From a candidate division WOR-3 bacterium (GTDB lineage: Bacteria > Hydrothermota > 32-111): a DNA stretch of 64,000 nt. Shown piece by piece: positions 37,975-46,138 of the stretch (its first letter is position 1; each line of letters opens with the position of its first letter). The DNA lies in the NCBI GenBank assembly GCA_039804105.1, contig JBDRZU010000001.1:96001-160000 (forward strand). The letters are read 5' to 3'. A program made the position numbers and the translations under genes. A model generated the notes under the pieces. The model saw only the letters and a program-made list of their open reading frames with translations. It did not search any database and was not told where the DNA came from.

Positions 37975-40554
37975 TTAATTTTTAGGTGGAAGTGAAAGTT
38001 TGGTTCCCCTTGTCTCACCAAAAGTCATCCAGATTTTTGGTGAAATACTTCCAGAAGGTCCACCTGTATTTGAGAAATTACCTGAATAGTAAACTTTTAA
38101 ATACAATCTATCCGCCCTTGTCATAGAGAAACCATGATTTATATAGATATCCATCGATGATTCATCCTCATCGTTCATAATTGAACCTGTTCTTTTTATT
38201 GAATCATAAGTCGCAGCGTTTAGAGTTGAGAATAGCAAAACTCTTGAAGTTTTTGATCCAAATGAATCGGTCTTATAAACTTCTATATCAAAATATTTTG
38301 GTTTTGTTTCAACATCAGGATCGGTAGTCATTCCATAACCGACAAATCTCCAGATACCAGGATATATCGTATCAGCATAAGGTATCCCTTTTTTAGTGAT
38401 CCATTCTGCTTTCATTCCTATTTGTGTGACAAAAGGTTTATGTATTAAAACATTGAAGATTTCAATTGAATCACCAGCAATACCCATTACCCTTGAGTTT
38501 ACGGTATTCATATATCTTGGAAGAGGGAATTGCCCGGATGTTCCAACACCAGAATAGTAAGTTCCGCCGAAAGCGTAAAGGTATAAAGTATCATCATATA
38601 ATGAATCAACATATTCATTTGTTAAGAAAAGATATGTATAACCTGCCTGGTTGACTATCATAAAATAGTTATCAGACATATCATAAACAGACCAGTTTCC
38701 TTCATCTATACATATTACTTTTACAAGACATATCTGACTTCCCTGAACGGAATCAGGTATATTCCAATAGTATGTATATAATGTATCACCTGATGATGGT
38801 GTTGGATAGGATTGTTCATCAATATATCTCCAATTGTCTCCACCATCAACAGAATAGTAGTAAATCAGTTTTTTTATTACCTCTCCAGAATCGTTTGGTG
38901 TTGCATAAACTTTTATATCGTATGAAGACCCTGAATGCCATATTTCTCCACCGTTTGGAACTAAAACTCTTAAAGTTGGTCTTGTGCCTGTCGCTTTCAA
39001 CATTCCAAATGCAATATAACCTTCCTCTCCTTCATCAAGGTATCCTAAAACAGCAGAAGTTGAAAGTATTGAAAGAAGGGGTGTACCCTGTGTGAACCCA
39101 AGTTGGTCGTTAAGGTCAATATTACTTGGACCAAAACTATCATTTGGTGTTACCCAGATATACAACGATTCTCCAGCGTTAACATCGAGATGGAATATAC
39201 CAACAGAATCAACCGGTGAGGAATACGATTTTGTACTGTTGTTCCACACAGCGACCTGTAAATCTGGAACACCTGGTTCTGAGTCCATTTGCCAGAAACC
39301 ATCAGCATTTAAATCTTCAAACACAATTCCTGAAACTTTTGCAGCAGGGGTCTCTTCCATTCCAAAGAATTTTTTGTACTCCTCTTCATTTGTAAAATCT
39401 CTTGACGAGTTTGTTATTGTAAAATCAAAATTTGATGGAGTTGTTGGCCTATAGAAAAGTTGTGGTGTTATTGAAGCAGTGTAAACTCCTGGAACAACAG
39501 CATAAACCCATAAACCATTTTCATCTGTAAGAGCGACTTCTCCTGTTGAAAGTTTTACTTTCATCCCCTCGATACCATCCTCTCCGGAATCGTATTCACC
39601 ATTTTTGTTTTCATCAATATAAACATGACCTTTTACAACGAAAACATCTATTGATGTGTTTCTTGTTATGTTAACATCTGTTTGAACGGAAGATGTTAAA
39701 TATTTTCCTCTGAAAGGTGTCTGTGATACTCCCGTTACTTTTACTGTAACTATTTGAATCTTATCAAGCATTTCATAATCGGTTATTGGTACTAATGCGT
39801 TTGCCTCATTTTGATTAATTTCTCCATCGTTATTTGCATCACCATAGAGTTTTAAAGGAGTTGTTGGATCTCCATCATCATCATACCAGTAATGGAAAAT
39901 TGGAGTTCCCGTTGTCTGTGCAGGATACCTATCAGGACCTGATACAATTGAGACAACCTGATGGTTTGACCAGTTGAAAGGTGAACCTGGTGGTAAAATA
40001 TATTCAATATTCAGTCCTGAATCGTAAAGTCCATAAACTCTTTTTACTAAACAATAATCATTTGGATTTTTTGTTAATGAGGCAGGGGAGTTATCTCTAT
40101 CATCCTGGTTTATTATACCATCATTATTCCAATCGAGTGTATAAACAACAGTTTCAGCACCTGTTTGATAATGGACTGGAGGATAATAGTGTGCTGGTCT
40201 TTCATCAAGAGATGATGTAACCTTCATAGCTCTCGGTTCCTGTGGATTCTCAGGAGTGTCTTGATATGGTAAAAGGTTTGCGTTGAAAATCAGTTCATAA
40301 GGTGAAGCGTAGACCAATCTTCTTTGTGGTGATGTTGAAGTTTCATCAACATCTATGCTATAACCTGCTGCTCTTATATCCCTTATCATGTAATCAACTG
40401 CGATTCTGGCTGACTGTTGCGCTTGAGTCATAAGATCAACTTTTTGCTTTGAATTCTGAGAGTTCACAAAAACCGTGATAGCAGCACCGACTATTATTGA
40501 AAAAATTGTGATTGCCAGAAGGAGTTCAAGTAAAGTGAAACCTTTCTTTTTCAT
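37975..40554 (-). CDS. PilW-like minor pilin fused to SdrD-B-like and Ig-like adhesin domains (859 aa)
   Basis: KKG|FTLLELL; AQQSARIAVDYMIRDIRAAGY; two G.V(Y/F).D.N.(N/D)G repeats; VLVPNGGE Ig-like domain; AAGGAG SD. Confidence 0.88.
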   Translation of the reverse strand: MKKKGFTLLELLLAITIFSIIVGAAITVFVNSQNSKQKVDLMTQAQQSARIAVDYMIRDIRAAGYSIDVDETSTSPQRRLVYASPYELIFNANLLPYQDTPENPQEPRAMKVTSSLDERPAHYYPPVHYQTGAETVVYTLDWNNDGIINQDDRDNSPASLTKNPNDYCLVKRVYGLYDSGLNIEYILPPGSPFNWSNHQVVSIVSGPDRYPAQTTGTPIFHYWYDDDGDPTTPLKLYGDANNDGEINQNEANALVPITDYEMLDKIQIVTVKVTGVSQTPFRGKYLTSSVQTDVNITRNTSIDVFVVKGHVYIDENKNGEYDSGEDGIEGMKVKLSTGEVALTDENGLWVYAVVPGVYTASITPQLFYRPTTPSNFDFTITNSSRDFTNEEEYKKFFGMEETPAAKVSGIVFEDLNADGFWQMDSEPGVPDLQVAVWNNSTKSYSSPVDSVGIFHLDVNAGESLYIWVTPNDSFGPSNIDLNDQLGFTQGTPLLSILSTSAVLGYLDEGEEGYIAFGMLKATGTRPTLRVLVPNGGEIWHSGSSYDIKVYATPNDSGEVIKKLIYYYSVDGGDNWRYIDEQSYPTPSSGDTLYTYYWNIPDSVQGSQICLVKVICIDEGNWSVYDMSDNYFMIVNQAGYTYLFLTNEYVDSLYDDTLYLYAFGGTYYSGVGTSGQFPLPRYMNTVNSRVMGIAGDSIEIFNVLIHKPFVTQIGMKAEWITKKGIPYADTIYPGIWRFVGYGMTTDPDVETKPKYFDIEVYKTDSFGSKTSRVLLFSTLNAATYDSIKRTGSIMNDEDESSMDIYINHGFSMTRADRLYLKVYYSGNFSNTGGPSGSISPKIWMTFGETRGTKLSLPPKN

Positions 40555-40566
40555 AATATCTCCTTA

Positions 40567-40941
40567 CTATTTTGAAATATAAGTTTTCATCGTTTGGGAG
40601 TGGTTTAAACCGCCACTTCCACCAACCTGTTGCCAGGAGACTGTAACTTCAACAAATTTCATATTTGTTGCAGGATGGTTATCCGTAACAGTGTATGTTC
40701 TAACAAACTTTGAATCTATAGTATCTGGACCATGTGTTCCTTCTTCAAGTTCATCTGATGTGATAGGTAAAGTTCTTAAATATTCTATTGTGGCCTGGCA
40801 GATTTCAACTGCCTGGGTATTCTGCCTTGTGAGTAATGTTGATCTCATTGCGGCAGGGAAGAGTGCAGCAAGTCCAAGGATTCCGATTGCAAGTATTATT
40901 GAAGAAACTAAAAGTTCAAGAAGCGTAAAACCTTTTTTCAT
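40567..40941 (-). CDS. PilV-like minor pilin
   Basis: KKG|FTLLELLVSSIILAIGILGLA; C-terminal VEVTVSW; GGAGG SD. Confidence 0.88.
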   Translation of the reverse strand: MKKGFTLLELLVSSIILAIGILGLAALFPAAMRSTLLTRQNTQAVEICQATIEYLRTLPITSDELEEGTHGPDTIDSKFVRTYTVTDNHPATNMKFVEVTVSWQQVGGSGGLNHSQTMKTYISK

Positions 40942-40949
40942 CTTTCCTC

Positions 40950-41372
40950 CTATTCAGTGCCTTTTAAAATATATCCTGATGGGAAAATGTAAATCATACT
41001 CTGTCTTGAAGTTGCAGAATCGATAACCTGTATAGCATATACAGCATCAGTTTTTCCTCCTGGCATAAACTCTATAGGTGAGTCAAACGAAAAGTCCTGT
41101 TCATTTATAAAATCGTATGTAAAAACTCTTGATGGAAATCTGTAAACATTATTTCCATATTTGAACGAATCTTTTGCAAGATAAAATGTTGTTATAATAT
41201 TTTTTGTTGCTGCTTCCTGTCTTGCCATGTTCAACTGGTCAATAATGTTGTTAACTGTACTGTTAAACTTTGCTTGTCTTGAATTGAATCGAGGTACTGC
41301 AAAACCAAGAATCATACCTATTATAACTATCACAACAAGTGTTTCTATCATTGTAAAACCTTTTCTTACCAT
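40950..41372 (-). CDS. FimT/FimU (GspH-like) minor pilin
   Basis: RKG|FTMIETLVVIVIIG; LNMARQEAA; IEFMPGG; IFPSG; AAGGAG SD. Confidence 0.88.
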   Translation of the reverse strand: MVRKGFTMIETLVVIVIIGMILGFAVPRFNSRQAKFNSTVNNIIDQLNMARQEAATKNIITTFYLAKDSFKYGNNVYRFPSRVFTYDFINEQDFSFDSPIEFMPGGKTDAVYAIQVIDSATSRQSMIYIFPSGYILKGTE

Positions 41373-41398
41373 ACAAAACTCCTTTTTGAAAGGAAAAA

Positions 41399-41416
41399 AT
41401 GCAATTTTTATGCCAG
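41399..41416 (-). promoter_or_regulatory. sigma54 (-24/-12) promoter of the minor pilin operon
   Basis: Minus strand CTGGCATAAAAATTGCAT has exact GG-N10-GC spacing, 26 nt upstream of the first pilin ATG. Confidence 0.82.
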
Positions 41417-41506
41417 TTTTTTATTTTTTAAGTCATTATTTTATAGGGATTTATTTAGAGAATTTTATAAAAATTATAATATTTTTAGGAAATTATGAAC
41501 AAATTT

Positions 41507-42496
41507 TCATAGTATTATATCGACTGGAGAATTACACTTTGAACATTTTTTGTCGTTTATCCCTATCGTGTTTATATCGTAAAAGTTTCTTTCGATTAAC
41601 AGGTTGGAACAAACGGGACAATATGTGTTTGAATAGTTATTATCAAATAGATTTCCCAAATACACATAATACAGTTTTTCTTTTGCTAAGTTATAAAACT
41701 CAAACATCTTTTCAGGTTGTGTCGGCGGAATTTTATATTTATAGTTTGGGAAATATCTTGATATATGGAAAGGTATTTTGTTTGAAATTGAACTTATGAA
41801 ATCGACCATAAGTTTGAATTCTTCAAGATTGTCGTTCTTTTGTGGGATCAGAAGGTTTGTGATTTCTATATGAACTCCCATTTCGTGTGATAACTTAATA
41901 AAATTTTTTACACTTTCAAGATCTCCTTTTAGTTCTTTTTTATAAAAGTCACTGTTAAAAGATTTCAAATCTATGTTTGCTGCTTTTATAAAAGGTAACA
42001 GTTTTTTCGCTGGTTCTTCATTTATTGTTCCATTTGTTACAAGAACTATATCTATCTGTTTTGAATATGATTGACCAAAATCATATATATATTCATACCA
42101 CATCAATGGTTCAGTGTATGTGAATGCTATTCTTTTTCTACCTTTATTTTTTATCAACCTGTAAAGTCCATCAACTGGAATGAATTCTGCATCAAAATAA
42201 TTTTGGGATATATTATAATTCTGACAGAATGGACATTTCAGGTTACAACCAAACTGTGCAACAGATATTATATACTCTTTTGGATGGAAATGGTAAAGAG
42301 GTTTTTTTTCTATTGGATCATCAGCGATTGTCATAACTTTACCATAATTTATTGCTATGAGTTCTCCATCTATATTTTCTCTTCCAAAGCATAAACCTGT
42401 TTGTCCAGGAGTGAGTATACAAAAATGGGGACAGAGTGTACATTGAACTTTTTTATTATCAAGTTTTTTGTAGAAATAGGAAATTTTATTTTCCAT
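41507..42496 (-). CDS. amrS: AmmeMemoRadiSam system radical SAM enzyme
   Basis: CTLCPHFC, GLCFGR, DPIEKKPLYHF, CNLKCPFCQN, FTYTEP and C-terminal CPVC/CSKC. Confidence 0.9.
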   Translation of the reverse strand: MENKISYFYKKLDNKKVQCTLCPHFCILTPGQTGLCFGRENIDGELIAINYGKVMTIADDPIEKKPLYHFHPKEYIISVAQFGCNLKCPFCQNYNISQNYFDAEFIPVDGLYRLIKNKGRKRIAFTYTEPLMWYEYIYDFGQSYSKQIDIVLVTNGTINEEPAKKLLPFIKAANIDLKSFNSDFYKKELKGDLESVKNFIKLSHEMGVHIEITNLLIPQKNDNLEEFKLMVDFISSISNKIPFHISRYFPNYKYKIPPTQPEKMFEFYNLAKEKLYYVYLGNLFDNNYSNTYCPVCSNLLIERNFYDINTIGINDKKCSKCNSPVDIIL

Positions 42497-42504
42497 AAAA
42501 AAAA

Positions 42505-42532
42505 ATTATATATCCAAAAAAATACAGGTCAA
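42505..42532 (-). promoter_or_regulatory. sigma70-type promoter of amrS (leaderless or near-leaderless)
   Basis: Minus strand TTGACC-16nt-TATAAT, 8 nt before ATG 42496; no SD. Confidence 0.72.
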
Positions 42533-42538
42533 TAGATC

Positions 42539-42566
42539 TTGACTTTTTTCAAAAAATGTTGATAAT
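42539..42566 (+). promoter_or_regulatory. sigma70-type promoter of lexA operon
   Basis: TTGACT-16nt-GATAAT; SD AGGAG at 42585-42589. Confidence 0.65.
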
Positions 42567-42584
42567 GTAAACAAATGTTTACAT
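42565..42584. promoter_or_regulatory. Candidate LexA operator (SOS box)
   Basis: Inverted repeat ATGTAAACA-AA-TGTTTACAT with perfectly complementary 9-bp arms, between the -10 and the SD of lexA. Confidence 0.75.
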
Positions 42585-42594
42585 AGGAGTTTTT

Positions 42595-43185
42595 ATGGAT
42601 ATTTTGAGTGAAAAAGAGGAAGAGGTGTTAAATTTTATAAATATTTACAACAAAAAAAATGGTTATCCACCGACTGTGAGAGAAATATGTACTGGTTTAA
42701 AGAAAAAAAGCACGAAAGGTATTTTTGTTCATCTTTTGAATCTTGAAAGGAAGGGATATATCGAAAGATTAAAAGGTCTATCAAGGGGAATAAAGATAAA
42801 AAAACATTTCAAAATGGAAACGATCTCTGTTTTGGGTAACATATCTGCTGGAAGACCTCTAATCTCTGAAGAGAATATCGAAGATGGTTTTCTTTTCCCC
42901 GACAATGTTGAAGGAAAATTTTTTCTTAAAGTTAAAGGTGATAGTATGGAAGGTGCTATGATATACGATGGTGATATGGTTCTTGTTGAAAAAAGTGAAG
43001 ATGTAAAAAATAAGGATATAATAGTTGCTTTTTTAAATGGCGAGTTCACATTGAAAAGGTTTATCGTTGAAAAAGGTAAAACTTATCTAAAAGCGGAAAA
43101 TCCCAAATATCCTCTTATAGAAATAAAAAATGGTGATGATTTTCAACCTTTTGGAAAAGTTGTTGGAGTTTTGAAAAAGTTATGA
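42595..43185 (+). CDS. lexA: SOS repressor LexA
   Basis: GYPPTVREI wHTH, Ala-Gly cleavage site (ISAG), catalytic Ser (GDSM) and Lys (TLKR). Confidence 0.95.
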   Translation: MDILSEKEEEVLNFINIYNKKNGYPPTVREICTGLKKKSTKGIFVHLLNLERKGYIERLKGLSRGIKIKKHFKMETISVLGNISAGRPLISEENIEDGFLFPDNVEGKFFLKVKGDSMEGAMIYDGDMVLVEKSEDVKNKDIIVAFLNGEFTLKRFIVEKGKTYLKAENPKYPLIEIKNGDDFQPFGKVVGVLKKL

Positions 43186-43424
43186 ACAGAGAGCAAATTT
43201 TTGTTCTTGCTTACTTTGGAAAAGGCAAAATAGTTCCAAAAACATTTTTTTGGAAAGGCAAAACTATAAAGGTAGAGAAGATGACTTATTCATGGAAAAC
43301 TGTTGATGAGGATGGAATAAAGATACACTTTTCAACTATGTCAGGTTCTTTTTATTATCATCTTGTTTATTCACTTTCAACGAACAGATGGTACCTTATA
43401 GAGGTGGAGAGTGCCATCGTATGA
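43182..43424 (+). CDS. Small beta-rich protein, ImuB-C-terminal/DUF6504-like (tentative)
   Basis: P..F.WKGK...V.....W...HF....Y.L.Y....RWYL pattern; ATGA overlaps with both lexA and dinB. Confidence 0.7.
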   Translation: MNREQIFVLAYFGKGKIVPKTFFWKGKTIKVEKMTYSWKTVDEDGIKIHFSTMSGSFYYHLVYSLSTNRWYLIEVESAIV

Positions 43425-44596
43425 TCTGGTGGGCTCATCTTGATATCGATTCTTTTTTCGCTTCAGTTGAAATCGCATCAAGACCATACTATAAGGATCT
43501 ACCTGTTGCTGTTGGTGGAAGTGAACATTCAAGGACCGTTATAACATCAGTGTCCTATAAAGCCAGAGAATATGGTATAAAAGCGGGAATGCCTGTTTAT
43601 GAGGCATTATCAAGATGTCCACATCTGAGAGTTGTAAAACCTGATATGGAAAAATATCTTTCAATATCGAAAGAGGTTTTTAAAATAGTTCAGGATATAA
43701 CAGGTAATGTGTTTCCTTATTCTATAGATGAATGTTTTTTTTGGTCCATGAAAAAAGATTATGTAATTTTAAATTCATTGATGATAAAAAAAATAATAAA
43801 AGAAAAACTGAAAATCACAGCATCGTGTGGTATATCAACAAAAAAAATCGTTGCAAAAATAGCATCGGATGAAAGTAAACCGGACGGTTTTTTTGTGGTT
43901 GATGATCCTTTGAATTACATAAAAGAAAAGGAAATAGAAAAAATTCCAGGTATAGGAAAAAAGATAGAAAAAAAATTGAAATCGTATGGAATCTTTTATG
44001 TTAAACAGATAGATGAAATTCCTTTTTATGTTTTGAAAAAAATTTTTAAACATTATGCGTATTTTTTGAAAGGATTAACGAATTTAAAAATAAGTGATGA
44101 TATTTATAGAAAGATTGATATAGCAAAATCTGTTGGAAATACACACACATTCTCAGAAGATACTTTTGATAAAGAAAAGATTCTATCTTATATTTCTTTA
44201 ATTTCAAAACACATAGAAACAAGATTACTTGATGATTTTTTTGAGGGGAATAAAATAACTTTGACTGTAAGGTATTCAAATTTTCAAACATTTACGAAAC
44301 AGAAAAAACTTGAAAGATATATACATGATTGGAAGGATATTTTTGAGGAAACAAAAAGAATATTTGAGAAAATAAATTTAACTTTACCTGTGAGATTGGT
44401 CGGAATATCGATAGGTGGAATAAGAAATAGAGGAATATATCAGGAGTTATCTTTTAACAAAGATTTTGATAAACAAGAGAGATTGAAAAAACATATTGAA
44501 ATGATAAAAAACAAATATGGAGAATCATCGATTTTAACACTTAGAGATCTTTATGTGAATGATAGAAAGATAAGAGGAAACAGAATAATTTTTTGA
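43421..44596 (+). CDS. dinB: Y-family DNA polymerase (Pol IV-like) with clamp motif and RecA-NT-like tail
   Basis: HLDIDSFFASVE, SYKAREYG, YSIDE, AKIASDESKPDG, IPGIG, VRLVGI, QELSF. ATG 43421 follows GGAG. Confidence 0.93.
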   Translation: MIWWAHLDIDSFFASVEIASRPYYKDLPVAVGGSEHSRTVITSVSYKAREYGIKAGMPVYEALSRCPHLRVVKPDMEKYLSISKEVFKIVQDITGNVFPYSIDECFFWSMKKDYVILNSLMIKKIIKEKLKITASCGISTKKIVAKIASDESKPDGFFVVDDPLNYIKEKEIEKIPGIGKKIEKKLKSYGIFYVKQIDEIPFYVLKKIFKHYAYFLKGLTNLKISDDIYRKIDIAKSVGNTHTFSEDTFDKEKILSYISLISKHIETRLLDDFFEGNKITLTVRYSNFQTFTKQKKLERYIHDWKDIFEETKRIFEKINLTLPVRLVGISIGGIRNRGIYQELSFNKDFDKQERLKKHIEMIKNKYGESSILTLRDLYVNDRKIRGNRIIF

Positions 44597-44748
44597 TGAA
44601 AAGTGTAATCCCCCTCACCCTTTTTTTGTTTTTTTATAGATTGTTTAGAGGAAATATTTCAAAATTAAATTTCCCAAAAAACTCAAGTATCATTTTTGAT
44701 AGTCAACAATAAAAGAGTGATTTTAAAATATAATATGATCACTTCCTA

Positions 44749-44776
44749 TTGATATTACACTATTTTGAATTATACT
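44749..44776 (+). promoter_or_regulatory. sigma70-type promoter of the tilS-hpt-ftsH operon (leaderless)
   Basis: TTGATA-16nt-TATACT, 6 nt before ATG 44783; no SD. Confidence 0.72.
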
Positions 44777-44782
44777 AATAAA

Positions 44783-46138
44783 ATGAAACTTTTTGAGGAA
44801 ATTTTAACATTTTTAAAAGATAACAGTGTTGAATTAAAAGATAAAAGGGTGCTTTTGAGTTTTTCAGGTGGACCCGATTCGACTTTGTTATTCTATTTTT
44901 TACTTTACTGTCAAAAGACTTTCAATACCTATTTTGAGTGTTTTTATCTTAACCATAATGAAAGGGATGATGTTTTAAAAGAGGAAAACTTTGTAAAAAA
45001 AATATGTAAAGATAACAATGTCAAATTGAATTACAAAAGCGAAAAGGTTTTGGATTTAAAAGAAACAAAAAAGTTGGGTTTTGAAAGGGCAGCAAGAGAG
45101 TTAAGAAAAAAATATCTTTTAGATGTTTTCAAAAAGAAAAACTTCGATTATATATTTACCGGGCATAATTTGACTGATGCTGTTGAAACATTTTTTATAA
45201 ATCTTCAAAGGAATACTGGAGTTAGAGGTGCATCATCGATAGATCCAGTTGAGAGTGTTTTTGTAAGACCTTTACTTTTTTTAAAAAAGAACGATATATT
45301 GAACAGTTTGAAAAAAGAAAGTATAGAATACATTGAAGACCCTACAAATTTGAACAAAAATATTGTTAGAAACAGAATAAGACATGATCTTATTCCTGTT
45401 CTTGAAGATTCGTTGAAAGATGGTATACACCATTTCAAAGTTTTTTTTAACAACTTGAAAGAATTTGAAAATGGGTTTGAACAACTTTTATTTGAATATT
45501 TAAAGATTTTTCAATATGAAAATGATTCGATTGTTATTGATATTTCAAAGATTTTGAGTTATAATAAAAAATTAAGAAAAATTTTAATATATATTGCTCT
45601 TTCAAAGTTTTTTTATATAAGTAAGAATATCCTCGATGAAGTTGAAAAGATAATTTCATCCGACAAGAAAAATATCGAAAAAAAGATAGGAGATTTTTAT
45701 TTAGAAAAAAAATATAACATTATAGAGGTATATAAGACAAAAGAGGAAGAAGATTTAAAGGATTTCTGTGAACTTAAATTGAACAGAAAAGTTTATTTCA
45801 ACGGTTTTGAAGTTTCTATGAAAAAAGTCAAATCAAAAAATGTCAGGTTTGATAAGAACAGATTCTATTTCACAATCGATTGTGGGAAAAGATTTTTTGT
45901 AAAAAGGTATGAAAGAGGTGATAGGATGACATTGTTTAATTGTGATTATGAAAAGAGAATAAGTAAAATATTGATAGATTTAAAAATTGAAAAAAAATTG
46001 AGAGAAAGATTGCCTGTTATCGTAAACGAAAAAAATGAGGTTCTGGTTTTAGGGGATTTGAAAAGAAGTGACCTTTATATTGTTGATCTTGAGAAAGAAA
46101 AGGAGTGTATACAATTTTATGTCAAAAGAGTATGTTGA
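44783..46138 (+). CDS. tilS: tRNA(Ile)-lysidine synthase
   Basis: SFSGGPDS, ERAARELR, TGHNLTD, RPLL, EDPTN and RNRIRH motifs. Confidence 0.95.
   Translation: MKLFEEILTFLKDNSVELKDKRVLLSFSGGPDSTLLFYFLLYCQKTFNTYFECFYLNHNERDDVLKEENFVKKICKDNNVKLNYKSEKVLDLKETKKLGFERAARELRKKYLLDVFKKKNFDYIFTGHNLTDAVETFFINLQRNTGVRGASSIDPVESVFVRPLLFLKKNDILNSLKKESIEYIEDPTNLNKNIVRNRIRHDLIPVLEDSLKDGIHHFKVFFNNLKEFENGFEQLLFEYLKIFQYENDSIVIDISKILSYNKKLRKILIYIALSKFFYISKNILDEVEKIISSDKKNIEKKIGDFYLEKKYNIIEVYKTKEEEDLKDFCELKLNRKVYFNGFEVSMKKVKSKNVRFDKNRFYFTIDCGKRFFVKRYERGDRMTLFNCDYEKRISKILIDLKIEKKLRERLPVIVNEKNEVLVLGDLKRSDLYIVDLEKEKECIQFYVKRVC

Noticed and set aside
36470..41372. Pilin cluster as a possible DGR target, shufflon or mobile island
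   Set aside because: No reverse transcriptase, recombinase, integrase, duplicated template or flanking direct repeats were seen.
41227..41799. 190-aa + strand ORF spanning the pilin promoter
   Set aside because: Antisense to two confident genes, no recognisable motifs, and crosses the sigma54 site.
44741..44768. ACTTCCTA resembles the start of the Bacillus dif site
   Set aside because: The XerD half does not match, and the sequence overlaps the tilS promoter.
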